Of a DNA stretch of 32,000 bases, positions 31,165 to 32,000 are shown piece by piece. Numbering within the stretch: the first letter of the stretch is position 1; each line of letters begins with the position of its first letter. This stretch comes from Candidatus Saccharimonadota bacterium. Lineage in GTDB: Bacteria; Patescibacteriota; Saccharimonadia; Saccharimonadales; Saccharimonadaceae. Below the pieces are notes generated by a model, which worked only from the letters and a program-made list of their open reading frames with translations, was not told the origin of the DNA and made no database searches. The stretch lies in NCBI GenBank assembly GCA_001897305.1, contig MKSO01000001.1:150001-182000 (forward strand), written 5' to 3'. A program made the position numbers and the translations under genes.

Positions 31165-31938
31165 GTGGTAGGAAAAAATCGTAAACAGGGAACAGTATTC
31201 TTAAGCGCTGCTATTGGCGCTTTCTTGGTAGTTTTAGCTGCCCCTGTTGCGTATGCGTACACGGCAACCGAGTATCCTACAACAACCTCTTGGACTGTAG
31301 GCACAGTTGTGGCAGTCAACGGTGATGGCAGCCCTGTTGCTGCTTCAACTCAAGCAGCTAACTATATCGGCGTTGTTGCCAACCCTTCGACTGGCAAGAC
31401 TGTAGAGGTAGCAGGCACTGGGACAGTTTCGGTAGTCGTAACAGATAAGGACGGAGCTGTTGAAAGTGGTACTCGTTTGGGTCTTTCGTCGGTTGCTGGG
31501 GTAGCGAGCGCCTGGACAAACGGGACCGTCATTGGTGTTGCTCAAGAGGCTCCAAAAGAATGGAAACAAGCTACTCTTGACTCGTCGGCATCTATAAAAC
31601 TGGCATCGGTTAGAGTGCAACTACTCAGTGACGGCGCTTCAAGCGGCAGTTCTCCTATCAACCAGTTCTTCGCAGCCCTAGAGAAGACAGCTTCTGGAGT
31701 GGCGGGCAAACCGGTGGATACATGGAGGATTATTACAGCATTACTTATTGGGCTTGGCGGCCTTATTCTTGCTTTTGGACTACTGTTTATTTCAAGCCGA
31801 GAAAGCTTTTTCTCGATGGGTCGTAATCCAATGGCGAGTAAAATCATCATGCGTGGTTTATGGAAAATGGTAGCCTTGTCTGTTGGTATCCTTTGTATCA
31901 CGCTTACTGCGTCGTATTTGATTGTGAGGATTGCGTAG
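31165..31938 (+). CDS. Hypothetical secreted/membrane protein with a signal peptide, a Gly/Val/Thr/Ser-rich ectodomain and a C-terminal two-helix membrane hairpin
   Basis: 257 aa, GTG start after an AGGTGA SD. Signal FLSAAIGAFLVVLAAPVAYA/YT. C-terminus ITALLIGLGGLILAFGLLFISSRESFFSMGRNPMASKIIMRGLWKMVALSVGILCITLTASYLIV. Confidence 0.7.
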   Translation: MVGKNRKQGTVFLSAAIGAFLVVLAAPVAYAYTATEYPTTTSWTVGTVVAVNGDGSPVAASTQAANYIGVVANPSTGKTVEVAGTGTVSVVVTDKDGAVESGTRLGLSSVAGVASAWTNGTVIGVAQEAPKEWKQATLDSSASIKLASVRVQLLSDGASSGSSPINQFFAALEKTASGVAGKPVDTWRIITALLIGLGGLILAFGLLFISSRESFFSMGRNPMASKIIMRGLWKMVALSVGILCITLTASYLIVRIA

Positions 31939-31939
31939 T

Positions 31940-32000
31940 ATGAACCGCAAAGCCCTACTGCCAGTCTTCGTCTCGCTTGGTATTTTTGTTGTTATTTTTG
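31940..32000 (+). CDS. 5' end of a further ORF with a signal/TM-like N-terminus (truncated by the window)
   Basis: The ATG at 31940 is 1 nt after the previous stop. It reads MNRKALLPVFVSLGIFVVIF. Confidence 0.35.
   Translation, partial: MNRKALLPVFVSLGIFVVIF

Overview
The window reads as a chromosomal segment of a Candidatus Saccharibacteria (TM7, CPR/Patescibacteria) genome. The 16S gene contains exact matches to the three TM7-specific oligos as I recall them (580F at 19452-19470, complement of TM7905 at 19797-19818, complement of 1177R at 20054-20077). Gene order, left to right:
- RNase P RNA, 5'-truncated by the window edge.
- A Tim44-like membrane protein, then infC-rpmI-rplT and comM, all on the minus strand.
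- A 123-nt hairpin element, then tmRNA (ssrA).
- About 1.9 kb of compositionally mosaic DNA: an orphan GC-rich ORF, a very AT-rich cassette bounded by a 10-bp direct repeat, and about 0.55 kb of GC-rich ORF-free DNA.
- Two small proteins and a 996-aa VirD4/TraG-like type IV coupling-protein ATPase. These converge on a membrane protein and an LPHTG-anchored surface protein with duplicated DUF11-like repeats.
- gyrB-gyrA and a DUF212/PAP2-like gene.
- An rRNA locus split into three apparent transcription units (16S; tRNA-Ala plus tRNA-Ile; 23S plus 5S). Two antisense protein genes sit in the 16S-23S spacer, and the 23S is enlarged to about 3.37 kb.
- An F-type ATPase operon (b, delta, alpha, gamma, beta, epsilon) with no a or c subunit genes, followed by secreted or membrane proteins.
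The items I think most deserve follow-up are:
- the ssrA-adjacent mosaic region, with a consensus-like promoter firing into ORF-free GC-rich DNA;
- the long-stem hairpin upstream of ssrA;
- a tRNA-Ala-like minihelix between the two spacer tRNAs;
- the 23S insertions;
- the a/c-less ATPase operon, where a 10-bp tandem repeat separates what would otherwise be an in-frame b-delta fusion;
- the isolated T4SS coupling protein next to a surface adhesin.
All calls come from reading the sequence and from recalled family motifs. No database search was run.
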